47,643 bases of DNA from an uncultured Clostridia bacterium (GTDB lineage Bacteria > Bacillota > Clostridia > Monoglobales > Firm-18), in the NCBI GenBank assembly GCA_937914775.1, contig CALDNB010000023.1:1-47643 (forward strand). The letters are read 5' to 3'. The position numbers were made by a program, and so were the translations under genes. Shown here in pieces: positions 23,432-33,846 of the stretch. Every line of letters begins with the position of its first letter. Positions within the stretch are counted from its first letter, which is position 1. Below the pieces are notes generated by a model, which saw only the letters and a program-made list of their open reading frames with translations, made no database searches and was not told the DNA's origin.

Positions 23432-23689
23432 ATGATTTACATTATTGTTTTTTTAGTCTGTTTAGTTATTGGACTGCTTTGTGCATTTATTTTAGGTGCC
23501 GAGATTTACAGGCGAGGTTTTAACGAGGGTGCAGGAAAGGCAGTACCTGAAGTTGTAAAGCCAATAAAGAAAAAGGCAGTTCACAAAGACGAAGAGATAC
23601 AAAAAGCATTAAAAGAACGTGCAGAGGGATTTGAAAACATTATGAACTATGCCAACAGGCATCAGGACAATTTTGGAGGTAGAAAATAA
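23432..23689 (+). CDS. 85-aa single-TM protein
   Basis: GGGAGG RBS and N-terminal TM segment IYIIVFLVCLVIGLLCAFILGA. Confidence 0.5.
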   Translation: MIYIIVFLVCLVIGLLCAFILGAEIYRRGFNEGAGKAVPEVVKPIKKKAVHKDEEIQKALKERAEGFENIMNYANRHQDNFGGRK

Positions 23690-25503
23690 TGTCAGAAAGC
23701 AAGTCAGTATTTGACCAATACCAGCGAGGCGTTGAATACAAGCAAAGAATTGGCTATTATTCAGACGTTGACGAAAATTACAGGTATTTCCAGGGCGACC
23801 AATGGCACGGCGTTGATTCAAAAGGTTTACCTAAGCCAATATTTAACGTTATCAAGCCCATTATCAACTATAAAGTTTCAAACATAAAATCCACAGATGC
23901 AAAGATAGTTTACAAGTGCAACAACACTTTATCAGAAGACTTACAAATGCTTACTGAAGTTGCAGACAAATTAACTGCTTATGCCGGGCAGTTATACGAA
24001 AAGTTGAAGATGGACAACCTTTCAGAACGAATTTTAAAAGAGTCCGCCATTGTCGGCAACGGATTTACATATTTTTACTATGACAAAGGCACAAAGGAAG
24101 TAAAAGCAGAAGCCATTGACAGTACAAACGTTTATCCAGGAAACGTTAACCTATCATCAATACAGGACCAGGAAAGCGTTATTATATCATTCCGAAGAAG
24201 TGTTGAATCAGTTAAAGCAGAAGCAAAGGCCGCAGGAATAAAAGACGTTGATTTTATTACCGGTGACACTGACAACCAGGAATTAGCAGGTGACAAAGCA
24301 AAAATCGAAGTTGATGACAACGATATGTGCATTGTCTTACTTAAGTTCTGGCGAGACCGAGAGACAGGCACAATTTGGTTTAGAAAATCAATAAAGGATT
24401 ACGACATTATTAAGCCGACAAATCTTTTTATGCAGTATTATCCTATTGCAATGATGACATGGGAAAATCAGAAAAACTGTTTCTTCGGTGTATCGGATGT
24501 TGGAACTTTAATTCCCAATCAGGATTACATCAACACCATTGCTGCAATGATTATGAGTTCGACTACATTTACGGCATTTCCAAAGATGGTTTATGACGAA
24601 AATTTAGTTGACAATCCATCAAACAGAGTAGGCGAAGCAATTGCAGTTAACGGCGGTAATCAGGCAATAAAAAATATTATTGACTACATTACTCCGGGAC
24701 AGATTTCTTCCGATGCCTTTAACATGTTAAGTACTACCATCGTTCAGACCAAAGAGTTAAACGGTGCAAATGACGGTGCATTAGGAAACATCAATCCCGA
24801 ATCGGCATCAGGAAAGTCTATTATAGCAGTTGCAGAGCAGTCTGCAATACCTCTTGAGTCAATCAAGCAGCGTTATTACAACTATTTAGAAGACGTGGCT
24901 TTAATCTGGGCCGATATGTGGAGAGTTTATACTGATGACGGAAAAACAATTTCTATTCCCGGTGAAGACGGAAACGTTGAAAATTACAAGATTGTTGCCG
25001 ATACCTTCAACAAGTTAATGTTATCTGTAAAAATAGACATCGGTGCTACAAGCAGATACAGTGAGTTGGCAGTTATGCAGACACTTGATAACTTATTATT
25101 CAATCAATTTATCCCCTTTGACTGGTGGGTAGAATTACAGCCCGACAGTTCAGGGTTACCGAAAGCGAAGTTACTGGAATTTATTAAAAAGCAACAGCAA
25201 CAGTCTGTTCCGCAACAACCGGGATTTGACATTGATGGATTTTTAGCATCACTTCCCGAAGAAACACGGCAACAGGCAATTAAAAACCCGCAATTACTTG
25301 AGCAGTTGATTGCAGAGCAGATGGGCGCAGTTCCGTCACAGCAGTCTGCAGTTCAGGATGCAGGGCTACAACCACAACAACAACCTGACGTTGATATAGA
25401 TTCATTGCTCGACAATCTTCCCCCTGAAAAGCAAAAAGAATTTTTAGAAAATCCTGAAATGCTTGAGCAATTTATCGCACAACAAATGGGTGTTGAAAAG
25501 TAA
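23689..25503 (+). CDS. portal protein
   Basis: 604 aa, immediately after TerL. The Q-rich C-terminus carries a tandem duplication. Called from position and size. Confidence 0.7.
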   Translation: MSESKSVFDQYQRGVEYKQRIGYYSDVDENYRYFQGDQWHGVDSKGLPKPIFNVIKPIINYKVSNIKSTDAKIVYKCNNTLSEDLQMLTEVADKLTAYAGQLYEKLKMDNLSERILKESAIVGNGFTYFYYDKGTKEVKAEAIDSTNVYPGNVNLSSIQDQESVIISFRRSVESVKAEAKAAGIKDVDFITGDTDNQELAGDKAKIEVDDNDMCIVLLKFWRDRETGTIWFRKSIKDYDIIKPTNLFMQYYPIAMMTWENQKNCFFGVSDVGTLIPNQDYINTIAAMIMSSTTFTAFPKMVYDENLVDNPSNRVGEAIAVNGGNQAIKNIIDYITPGQISSDAFNMLSTTIVQTKELNGANDGALGNINPESASGKSIIAVAEQSAIPLESIKQRYYNYLEDVALIWADMWRVYTDDGKTISIPGEDGNVENYKIVADTFNKLMLSVKIDIGATSRYSELAVMQTLDNLLFNQFIPFDWWVELQPDSSGLPKAKLLEFIKKQQQQSVPQQPGFDIDGFLASLPEETRQQAIKNPQLLEQLIAEQMGAVPSQQSAVQDAGLQPQQQPDVDIDSLLDNLPPEKQKEFLENPEMLEQFIAQQMGVEK

Positions 25504-25622
25504 TTTTACAGGTTTTTAATAAAACCCGGTGTTGGTCGTTATGACCTGTCGTTGACTTCTTGCGACACAAAAGAATCAGACGGATTTTACAGTCGTACGG
25601 ACTTAAAACGGAGGTACATACA

Positions 25623-26447
25623 ATGGATATGGAAAAAACTAATGTTCTTGAAGAAAACGGTGGACAGTCCGGAAGTCCTGAAGTTAAACAAGAGCAGCAA
25701 GAAAACGGATTTTCACGTGAGCAGGTTAACGAAATCGTACAAAAACGCACAGCGCGATATGCTGAAAAGAACTCCAAGTTAGTACAGGAGTTGGAAAGTG
25801 CGAAAGTCAATTCCCAGAAATACGAGCAATTCGACAAGTTGTTCAGGGAGGCCGGTGCGGTTACTCCACAGCAACAGGCGGATTTATTATCAAACGTATT
25901 AGGGCTTGATTCTGACTCTGTATTATCACGATTAAGTGATAATGATGAAAAATCCGTGTCAAAAGGTGATGCATTCGCAACAGCGCAGATGTTTTTAAAA
26001 TCTGCAGACGATTTTGACATTGTAGATGAATTTGAACGTCTTAACGCAAAGCGAAAGAGCGCTCCTTCGTCCTTTACTGAAGCGGATATGGTAATGCTAT
26101 CCCAGTTAGAGGACAGATATGTGTCAATTAAGTATGCAGAAGACAGTGCCGCAGCAGAAAGCATCTGCAAACAAAACGGTGTTGATTTTAAAGCGCTTAT
26201 TAACGACACAGACTTTGCGGATTTTGCAAAGGATTTAAATTTACCGATTTCAAAAGCAGTTGCCAAGTGGATTAAAGTTAGCGGTGCCAAAAGCGGTGCA
26301 CATATTCCTGTATCAACAGGAAGTGCAAAGGACACCGGCGGCAACATGCAAAAGGATTATTATTCCAGAGATGAAGTCGCAAAAATGTCTCCTGAAGAAA
26401 TCCGCAAAAATTTGGATATTATTCACAAAAGCCAGTCTAAATGGTAG
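25623..26447 (+). CDS. scaffolding protein
   Basis: ATG 25623 with GGAGG. Acidic and helical, lying between the portal and capsid genes. Confidence 0.6.
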   Translation: MDMEKTNVLEENGGQSGSPEVKQEQQENGFSREQVNEIVQKRTARYAEKNSKLVQELESAKVNSQKYEQFDKLFREAGAVTPQQQADLLSNVLGLDSDSVLSRLSDNDEKSVSKGDAFATAQMFLKSADDFDIVDEFERLNAKRKSAPSSFTEADMVMLSQLEDRYVSIKYAEDSAAAESICKQNGVDFKALINDTDFADFAKDLNLPISKAVAKWIKVSGAKSGAHIPVSTGSAKDTGGNMQKDYYSRDEVAKMSPEEIRKNLDIIHKSQSKW

Positions 26448-26470
26448 AAACTGTAAAAAAGGAGAGTATT

Positions 26471-27319
26471 ATGAGTTACAAAAATTTTATTCCTACGCTT
26501 TGGAGCGAGGAAATTTTAAAAGAACGTGACGAAGTTTTAGTTGCAGGTAAAATCTGTAACAGAGACTACGAGGGCCTTGTTAAACAAAAAGGCGACAAAG
26601 TTAAAATTTTAGGTGTAGGCAGACCTACAATCAATGATTATGATGACGAAATAGGTCTTGGTGCTTTTGAAAGATTGCCTGACCAGTCAACAATGCTTGA
26701 AATCACCGAACAGAAAGCATTCCACTTTTACGTTGGTGACATCGACAAACGTCAGAGCATTGGTGATTTGATGTCTGCAGAAAAGAAAGAAGCATCTGCT
26801 GCTCTTGCAGAAGTTGCTGACAGTTTTATTTACAATAAAATTGCCAAAGAAGCAGGTATTGCAAAGTCAGTTGCATCTTTAACTGCATCAAACGTAATGT
26901 CAACAATTAGCGGTGCTTTAACAGATTTATGGAAAAACGGTGTGCCCAGAAACGAAAAGATTTATCTTGAAGTTTCACCCAACTTTGTTGAAAAGTTGAT
27001 GTTAGCAAACGTTTTAGTTAACACAGACAACTCAAAAATCATTACAAGCGGTGCTGTTGGTACTCTTAAGGTATTTAACATTGAAGTTCACATGTCAACT
27101 AACCTTAAGAACACTGCGGCTGACGGTGATTACTGTGTTGCAAGAACTAAGAAAGCCGTTACTTTTGCCGATGCTTTAACAGAAATCAAAGCATACGAGC
27201 CGGATAACTTCTTTGGTGAAGCAATCAAAGGTTTACAGGTTTACGGTGCAAAAGTTATCAGACCTAAAGAATGCGCTATTATCAAAGTTAAAGCATACGG
27301 CGCAGAAAACAACATATAA
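26471..27319 (+). CDS. major capsid protein
   Basis: ATG 26471 with AAGGAG. N-terminal NFIPTLWSEEIL..., and a position typical of coat proteins. Confidence 0.7.
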   Translation: MSYKNFIPTLWSEEILKERDEVLVAGKICNRDYEGLVKQKGDKVKILGVGRPTINDYDDEIGLGAFERLPDQSTMLEITEQKAFHFYVGDIDKRQSIGDLMSAEKKEASAALAEVADSFIYNKIAKEAGIAKSVASLTASNVMSTISGALTDLWKNGVPRNEKIYLEVSPNFVEKLMLANVLVNTDNSKIITSGAVGTLKVFNIEVHMSTNLKNTAADGDYCVARTKKAVTFADALTEIKAYEPDNFFGEAIKGLQVYGAKVIRPKECAIIKVKAYGAENNI

Positions 27320-27333
27320 GGAGGTAAGATATA

Positions 27334-27687
27334 ATGGCTGCTACTAACATTGTTATTACAAAATTAGTCAGAAACGAGGCAGATGTAATTCCTGCAACTG
27401 CGGCGGTTAATGCTACAGACGGTGCAATGCTTGATTTAAACGGCATTGTTGATGAAAAACTGCTTATCTTAATTGAAAATGCAGGCAGTGCCGCAAAAGT
27501 TGCAACAATCAAAGCCGGCAACGGCATCCAGGGCGTACACGACCTTGAAATAAGTGTCGAAGCAGGTAAAACTGTTGGCATTGTTATTGAATCAATGAAA
27601 TTCAAAAACGTGTCCGGAGAAAACATGGGCAAGGTTATCATTCTTGGTGCTTCAACTGACATCAAGATTGCTGCCGTACAGTTATAA
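27334..27687 (+). CDS. 117-aa head-associated protein (decoration?)
   Basis: AAGGAGG RBS, directly after the capsid gene. Confidence 0.5.
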   Translation: MAATNIVITKLVRNEADVIPATAAVNATDGAMLDLNGIVDEKLLILIENAGSAAKVATIKAGNGIQGVHDLEISVEAGKTVGIVIESMKFKNVSGENMGKVIILGASTDIKIAAVQL

Positions 27688-27701
27688 TTACATTTAAACT
27701 C

Positions 27702-27737
27702 AAAAAGGAGTTGGGGTGTTGGCTCCAACTCTTTTTT
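27702..27737 (+). terminator. hairpin terminator/attenuator after the head genes
   Basis: AAAAAGGAGTTGG..loop..CCAACTCTTTTTT. Confidence 0.65.
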
Positions 27738-27751
27738 CTTAGGAGGTAAAA

Positions 27752-28363
27752 ATGACATACAAAGAAAGTTTAGAAATTGCCTTTCGTTATGCCGACAGTA
27801 CGGAAAGTGATTTTGATTACAAAGAAATGTTTTACACCCTTGCCGATGAAGCGCAGAAGTTAATCGCAATTTACGGAAGACACATTTTAAGGACTATTGA
27901 AATTGTGCCGTTCCCGGAGGATGGTTTTGTTACGGTTTCTGCAGGCGGCAACGTTTCAAACGTTCCCTGCTCTGATTTCGGGAAAGAGGTTAAAATCCAG
28001 ATGCCAGATGATTTTCACGCCTTATCTCCCCAAGGGATTGTATATGCAGATGACTACACGTTACCTGTTGACTACAAATTTGTTGGTGAAACGGTGCTTT
28101 CCATCGTTCCTGATGACAAGTACACAGTAAATTACTATGCTTTACCGAAAACCATCAACGAAAACACTTCTGACGACTACGTTTACGAAGTGGATTCCGA
28201 CACACACAATGCCATTCCTTACTACATAGCATACCGTCTGGTGGGGACTGACGACATTACCTTATACCAGGCATTAAAAAACCAGTGGGATTTATACTTA
28301 TCATTATTTAACGACAGAGCAAAATGTGTAAGAAAACAAATAAGGAATTTTTACGGGAGGTAA
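27752..28363 (+). CDS. 203-aa virion protein (head-tail adaptor candidate)
   Basis: Called from position only. RBS AGGAGG. Confidence 0.45.
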   Translation: MTYKESLEIAFRYADSTESDFDYKEMFYTLADEAQKLIAIYGRHILRTIEIVPFPEDGFVTVSAGGNVSNVPCSDFGKEVKIQMPDDFHALSPQGIVYADDYTLPVDYKFVGETVLSIVPDDKYTVNYYALPKTINENTSDDYVYEVDSDTHNAIPYYIAYRLVGTDDITLYQALKNQWDLYLSLFNDRAKCVRKQIRNFYGR

Positions 28364-28368
28364 TTAAT

Positions 28369-30249
28369 GTGGCTATACAATACAAAGAAAAAGCACTTCC
28401 CTCTCCGCAAAAAATCGGTTTTTCCATTGACACGTTTTCAGGCATCAACATAAACGGCACTGCATCAAAAGGGGAATTTGTAAATTGCAAAAATTTATCC
28501 GGTGACAGATATCCTTACGCATCGCCCAGAGCATCGAAGGAAGTTATTGCAGATGGCATTGTGGCGCCGAAGAGGTTATTTTTCGCCGGTGACAACATGG
28601 CGTACATTGCAAACGGTCAGTTATACGTTAATACGGGTGAGGAATTTGAAAGCAAAGGTGTTGTCGGTGAGGTTAAATCCATTGTTGATTTTAATAATGC
28701 TGACGTATTGTTTTATCCGTCAAACTCCAAATACAGTATTAAAGACGGCACCTTATCAGATGTTACAGAGTATTTTGAAACAGGTCTGTTGGAAACTGGG
28801 AGATATGATAACAGGTACTTCGCTGATTATTATGACATTGAAAATGCTCCAAAGAAGAAAGATATTGAAGGCCACGCAATTTATTTAAAAGTTAACGGCT
28901 CAAGGGTTTTAAATCTTCCGCCATTGGAAAATGAGGACGGCACTCCAAAACTGGACGATGACGGAAATCCTTTGTATGGTTCTGTAACATTTAATGCTAC
29001 TGAAATTCCTGAAAAACTTATTGCAAATGGTGTTTACAAAAATGATCGTCTATATTTAAATCTGATAGTTTATCCTCTTAAAAATACGGGTGCAAGTGCA
29101 GGAAAGGCAAAACTATGCAATTTTGGCGAAGAAATATCATTTCCTTATGCTTCAATGATTATGGCGGATATCGTTATTTTTCATTACGGAATGATACCAC
29201 CGGACTATAGCAAATGCAAAAAGGAAGTTAACGCTCTATTAAATAACAAAGATTTTAAAGTATGGCTTACTGCAAGTACATATCCTGCACCTAACTCCAG
29301 ACCACACATTGATTACGCCTGTATGGACAACAACAGAGTAGTTGCGGTGCACAAAAACAGTTTTTATGCATCATCCTTAGGTGATTATACAAAGTGGACT
29401 GATTTTGTTGATGCAGAGGGTAATCCAAAAGCAACGGGCTCTTATGCAGAAGAATTAAACACTCCGGGCGACTTTAATTCCATTACCAAATACAACACTT
29501 CAGTTATTCTTACCAAAAACGATATTGTTTACGTCTGTTACGGAAACAAGCCACCATACAGAATAAACGAGGTTTGCAAGACCGGGTGTATTGACGGACG
29601 TACCATTGCGGAAGTTGATTCGTACCTTTACTGGCTTGGCCGTGACGGTATATACCGTTTCGGAGGCGGCAGTCCCCGTCTTATTTCACATAAAATCGGC
29701 GGTGATTTTGTTTCAGGCGTTGCAGTTGCAAATGGTCTTAAATATTACTGTTGTCTTTACGATGGTAAGTCCTACAAGATGTATGTGTATAACGCTCAAT
29801 ATGATTTCTGGCACATTGAGGACAGTGTTCAGTATGTGGACTTAGTTGCAAAAGACGGTATTGTTTACGGTCTTACTGCAGATGGAGAAATTGTTAAGTT
29901 CGATTCGGGTGACGAGAGGGTTTCCTGGTCATTTACAACTATTGATTTTGATTTCAGCACCGAATATACAAAGAACGTTGCAAAAGTTTACTGCAGATTA
30001 AAATTATACGACCAGGCATACGTTAATTTATACATTCGTTCAAACAAGCAGGACTGGTACAAATTTGCATCGTACAAGGCAGACGGGACAAACGTTTTTC
30101 AGGCAAAAGCAAAGTTAAAAAAATGCGATTATTTCACACTCAGGGTCGAGGGTGTAGGTGATGCGGAAATTATGGACATTTACGCAGATTGTCTTCTGGG
30201 CTCACAAAAGCACAGAAGTTCCGGATTATCGCAATTCAGAAAGGGGTAA
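28369..30249 (+). CDS. 626-aa virion structural protein (tail/nozzle candidate), GTG start
   Basis: GGGAGG lies 8 nt before GTG 28369. The track start at 28324 would overlap the upstream gene by 40 nt. Confidence 0.5.
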   Translation: MAIQYKEKALPSPQKIGFSIDTFSGININGTASKGEFVNCKNLSGDRYPYASPRASKEVIADGIVAPKRLFFAGDNMAYIANGQLYVNTGEEFESKGVVGEVKSIVDFNNADVLFYPSNSKYSIKDGTLSDVTEYFETGLLETGRYDNRYFADYYDIENAPKKKDIEGHAIYLKVNGSRVLNLPPLENEDGTPKLDDDGNPLYGSVTFNATEIPEKLIANGVYKNDRLYLNLIVYPLKNTGASAGKAKLCNFGEEISFPYASMIMADIVIFHYGMIPPDYSKCKKEVNALLNNKDFKVWLTASTYPAPNSRPHIDYACMDNNRVVAVHKNSFYASSLGDYTKWTDFVDAEGNPKATGSYAEELNTPGDFNSITKYNTSVILTKNDIVYVCYGNKPPYRINEVCKTGCIDGRTIAEVDSYLYWLGRDGIYRFGGGSPRLISHKIGGDFVSGVAVANGLKYYCCLYDGKSYKMYVYNAQYDFWHIEDSVQYVDLVAKDGIVYGLTADGEIVKFDSGDERVSWSFTTIDFDFSTEYTKNVAKVYCRLKLYDQAYVNLYIRSNKQDWYKFASYKADGTNVFQAKAKLKKCDYFTLRVEGVGDAEIMDIYADCLLGSQKHRSSGLSQFRKG

Positions 30250-30255
30250 TGTTAA

Positions 30256-30471
30256 TTGCAGATAGATTCATTAAGATATATGGCCGAACATGCGCAGAAC
30301 GTGGGCGATTTTTTTCGTTTATGCGAAGCCATTGTTGAATTTTTAGACTGTTATGTAAGAGAACTTGACGACACTTTAACAAATTTAGATTCTGACAATG
30401 TTAAGGAGTTGGATTTCTCCCAGACAAGAATTAAAAATTTCCAGGTACAAAGTGAGGTGACCGAAGAATGA
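30256..30471 (+). CDS. hypothetical 71-aa protein (TTG start)
   Basis: AAGGGG RBS. Its stop overlaps the next start (ATGA). Confidence 0.45.
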   Translation: MQIDSLRYMAEHAQNVGDFFRLCEAIVEFLDCYVRELDDTLTNLDSDNVKELDFSQTRIKNFQVQSEVTEE

Positions 30472-32531
30472 ACATAAAATTTGATGCACAAGGCAGATTA
30501 GTGGGCTCAACTGACGGCACATACTTTGCAGTTCACGGTGACAACAACACATTAATAATCTATGCGGTTTTTGACGAGGGTTATGCAGATTTTACGGCTT
30601 ACAGACGTGCATACGTTAAAGCGGCAAACGGCAACTCTGATGTCATTGATTTAGTGGACGATGTGCTTACGGTACCTGACAATTTAGTTGTTAACGGTAC
30701 CACGAGCATTACTTTCGAACTTATAAAGGACAGCGGAGAAGTAAAGCGCATGGAGCAGGTGGACATTTCTGTTGAAAGAGCCGTTAACCTTGGTCAGGGC
30801 AGTGCTCCTGTTGCGTACACAGTTACTGTTTCAGTTGATGAAGTAATTACATCAGAGCCCGGAGGTGCTACACAGGTTGAAAACGTGGGTACCGAAAAAG
30901 ACGTTAAGTTAAAATTTACCATCCCACGTGGTGAACAAGGACCCAAAGGCGACAAGGGTGATGTTGGTCCCCAGGGTGAGCAGGGCGTTCCCGGTGAACA
31001 AGGGCCACGTGGGGAGCAGGGTGTCAAGGGCGACAAAGGTGATGTTGGTCCTCAGGGGGAACAAGGCGTTCCCGGAGAGCAAGGTCCGCAAGGAGAACAG
31101 GGTGTTCCTGGAGAACAAGGACCACAGGGAGAGGTCGGACCTCAAGGCGAACAAGGCCCTAAAGGAGACAAAGGCGATAAAGGCGACACCGGGGAAAAAG
31201 GAGACAAAGGCGATAAAGGTGACGTTGAAATTAACAGTGATACTGTAAATTCTTTGACAGAGATAATATTCGACCCGGAAAGTGTTGTTGAAGTACCAGG
31301 AAGCTTTGACGGAACAGATGCTGCAATTGTTGACTTTAAAGCAGTTATTGATGTTGACGGAGAAGAAAAGACCATCACCAAAGACACAGAGGGTTTGGAC
31401 AGTTTTTATATTGGCGGTGATTATAACCATCACCTTGGGGACAATGGGGATGAATATGAGTCTTTTGACTGCAAAACGCTGCCATTTGAATTAGAGCCGT
31501 ATGATGATTATATTGTACAGATTTTCCGAATTGAATATAACGGTGTTGAGTATCACACATGGAATTTTACTATATCTCTTGCGAAAAACTATTCAAAACT
31601 TGCTACCACTAAATTTGTTAAAGAAAAGGTTGCTTTTGCCGGCACAAAAGCAGACGTAAACATGAGAAACGTTGGTGCTGCCGGTGCGAAATATCTTCAA
31701 TATATTGTTTTTCAGTCGGGAGCAACAAGAGAGGTTGAAGGTTGGGACAGTTTTGACGGCACAAATCACAATCTTATTGATTTCAAGTTAGTAACCACAA
31801 TCAACGGAGTTGAAACAACGCTTACAAAGGATACGGAAGGCGTAACGGGTTATAGAATTTCAGGCGGATTTAACAACGGTGAATATGTCAGAGACATAAC
31901 CGATTTGCCGTATGCAATATCAGGCACTTGCGGTGTTGATGCTATTTCTGTAACATACAACGGCAAAGTTTATTCAAACTACGACAGTACAACAACATAC
32001 TCTGCTCTTGTAGTGGAGGATATGAACGACACTGTTGATGATAAGATGGCTACCGAAAAGTATGTAAAAAAGAAAATTGACGAAATTGATGTTGGTGGTA
32101 ATACAGACTTATCAAAAGTAAGTGGTGAAGACGTTAAAAAACTTACCGAAGTATCTTTCTATGAGAGCACACGGGAAGTTCAGGTGTGGTCAGGGGAACA
32201 TATTTCTGACAGCAATACATTTATTATTGATTTTAAAGTAAGTATTAATGCAGATGGTGAACAAAAAATCATTACCAAAGATACAGAGGGCTTGGAAAGT
32301 TTTGAAATTACTTATATGGATATGCTTTCAAGTTCAGATTATTCTTGTGATAGTTTGCCGTGTGAATTGGCTTGTGACGTTGCCATGATAAACACCGTTT
32401 CCTTTGTATACAACGGTACAGAATATACTGTTAATAGTTTGGAGGATGTGGTTGTACTGGGTAAAAACAGCGACAAGATAGCAACGTTGTCAGAGTTATT
32501 GGCACTTATCGGAGACGAGGTGAGTTACTGA
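30468..32531 (+). CDS. collagen-like tail fibre with three repeated C-terminal modules
   Basis: 33 uninterrupted G-X-Y triplets, then three modules of ~130 aa sharing FDGT..(I/L)(V/I)DFK..(D/N)G(E/V)..T(I/L)TKDTEG. Confidence 0.8.
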   Translation: MNIKFDAQGRLVGSTDGTYFAVHGDNNTLIIYAVFDEGYADFTAYRRAYVKAANGNSDVIDLVDDVLTVPDNLVVNGTTSITFELIKDSGEVKRMEQVDISVERAVNLGQGSAPVAYTVTVSVDEVITSEPGGATQVENVGTEKDVKLKFTIPRGEQGPKGDKGDVGPQGEQGVPGEQGPRGEQGVKGDKGDVGPQGEQGVPGEQGPQGEQGVPGEQGPQGEVGPQGEQGPKGDKGDKGDTGEKGDKGDKGDVEINSDTVNSLTEIIFDPESVVEVPGSFDGTDAAIVDFKAVIDVDGEEKTITKDTEGLDSFYIGGDYNHHLGDNGDEYESFDCKTLPFELEPYDDYIVQIFRIEYNGVEYHTWNFTISLAKNYSKLATTKFVKEKVAFAGTKADVNMRNVGAAGAKYLQYIVFQSGATREVEGWDSFDGTNHNLIDFKLVTTINGVETTLTKDTEGVTGYRISGGFNNGEYVRDITDLPYAISGTCGVDAISVTYNGKVYSNYDSTTTYSALVVEDMNDTVDDKMATEKYVKKKIDEIDVGGNTDLSKVSGEDVKKLTEVSFYESTREVQVWSGEHISDSNTFIIDFKVSINADGEQKIITKDTEGLESFEITYMDMLSSSDYSCDSLPCELACDVAMINTVSFVYNGTEYTVNSLEDVVVLGKNSDKIATLSELLALIGDEVSY
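30930..31226 (+). repeat. collagen G-X-Y coding repeat (33 triplets)
   Basis: [26 protein letters not shown]..., counted directly. Confidence 0.9.
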
Positions 32532-33475
32532 TGGCTAAAAAGTTATACGAAGAAAGCAATATTCAAGCCATTGCCGATGCTATAAGGGAGAAAAACGGCA
32601 CTACCGATACTTACAAGGTAAGTGAAATGGCAAGTGCTATTGAAGAAATAGAAGCAGGTGGTGGTAGTGGTATCAATCCTGAATGGACTAATTGGAAATA
32701 TTTTAGTTGCAATAATAATCGTAACGATTTGGTGGAAAAACTAAAATTTAGTGACACAAGTAATGGTACAGATTTTACTTCTATGTTTAGCAGTTGCTCA
32801 AAATTAACAACAATACCTTTAATAGACATTAGCAAAGGTAAAACTTTTGACAGTATGTTTTATAACTGTACTGGATTAACAACGATACCGCAATTAGATT
32901 ATAGTAGTGGGACATCTTTTCACCAACTGTTTAACGGTTGCTCGAAATTAACAACAATACCTCAGCTCAACACAAGCAACGGAACTAAGTTTACTTATAT
33001 GTTTTATGGTTGTAGCGAATTAACGACTATACCACAATTAGATGTTAGTGGTGGAACGGACTTTAGTTATATGTTTAACGGTTGCTCAAAATTAACTGAA
33101 ATACCCGAATTAGATACGAGCAACAGTAATACATTTTATGCTATGTTCTATAATTGTTATGCTTTAACTACTATACCATTGTTAGATGTTAGTAAAGCAA
33201 AAACAGGTTCATACAGTTTAAGCGGTTTGTTTAGTGGTTGCAGAGAATTAGTAAACGTAACCTTTGCTGGTACATTTCCGATAACATCAAATTTATCTGT
33301 ATTCAGTAGTTCAAGTAAACTAACCGTAGATAGTTTAATGAGTTTTATCAATGCTTTAAGTGACAATAGCGGTCTATCAACTACATATACAGTAACGATA
33401 GGAAGTACAAACCTTGCTAAATTAACACCTGAACAAATAGCAATAGCAACAAATAAAAATATAATACTTGCATAA
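32531..33475 (+). CDS. BspA-type leucine-rich-repeat protein (receptor-binding candidate)
   Basis: Six or more ~23-aa repeats of the form F..C..LTTIP.LD.S.GT.F..MF. Confidence 0.75.
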   Translation: MAKKLYEESNIQAIADAIREKNGTTDTYKVSEMASAIEEIEAGGGSGINPEWTNWKYFSCNNNRNDLVEKLKFSDTSNGTDFTSMFSSCSKLTTIPLIDISKGKTFDSMFYNCTGLTTIPQLDYSSGTSFHQLFNGCSKLTTIPQLNTSNGTKFTYMFYGCSELTTIPQLDVSGGTDFSYMFNGCSKLTEIPELDTSNSNTFYAMFYNCYALTTIPLLDVSKAKTGSYSLSGLFSGCRELVNVTFAGTFPITSNLSVFSSSSKLTVDSLMSFINALSDNSGLSTTYTVTIGSTNLAKLTPEQIAIATNKNIILA

Positions 33476-33490
33476 AAGGGGGATTTTAAT

Positions 33491-33841
33491 GTGTGGAGTT
33501 TTACAGACGATTATAGTATATTACCAAACTTATATGTGAGAAGCCGTTTGAAAGACGGAGCATTGCAGTATTTTCAAATATATCCTTGCGACGGATATGT
33601 ATTGAGAACACCGATTATGGACGAATACCAAATGGACGAAGAAGGGAACTATGTTTTTGACGAAAATGGAGAGCGTATTTTAGTTATGCCTTATCGTACT
33701 TGGGGTGGTGCGACAGCATTGAAAAATTATGATTTCACAACAAATCCGAGTGGTTTTTGTGCAGAATTATATGATGAAAGTATGACTATTTTCGGTGATG
33801 TTACAGATAAACCTATTGAAGAAATTACAGAACAGGAGTGA
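33491..33841 (+). CDS. hypothetical 116-aa protein (GTG start)
   Basis: AAGGGGG RBS. Confidence 0.45.
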   Translation: MWSFTDDYSILPNLYVRSRLKDGALQYFQIYPCDGYVLRTPIMDEYQMDEEGNYVFDENGERILVMPYRTWGGATALKNYDFTTNPSGFCAELYDESMTIFGDVTDKPIEEITEQE

Positions 33842-33846
33842 TTTTT

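Noticed and set aside
25472-26347. 291-aa minus-strand ORF antisense to the scaffold gene
   Set aside because: It has no RBS and a Ser/Cys/Leu-rich low-complexity translation. It is fully overlapped by a coherent plus-strand operon with RBS-supported genes. This is a typical shadow ORF.
27288-27869. 193-aa minus-strand ORF across the capsid end and the 117-aa gene
   Set aside because: It is antisense to tightly packed late genes with strong RBSs. It spans a terminator hairpin and has no start context.
30794-31560. Several alternative-frame and antisense ORFs (30794-31036, 30909-31433, 30928-31248, 31142-31387, 31375-31560)
   Set aside because: These are artefacts of the periodic GGN-rich collagen repeat, which keeps several frames open. 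The G-X-Y frame within the 687-aa fibre ORF is the coding one.
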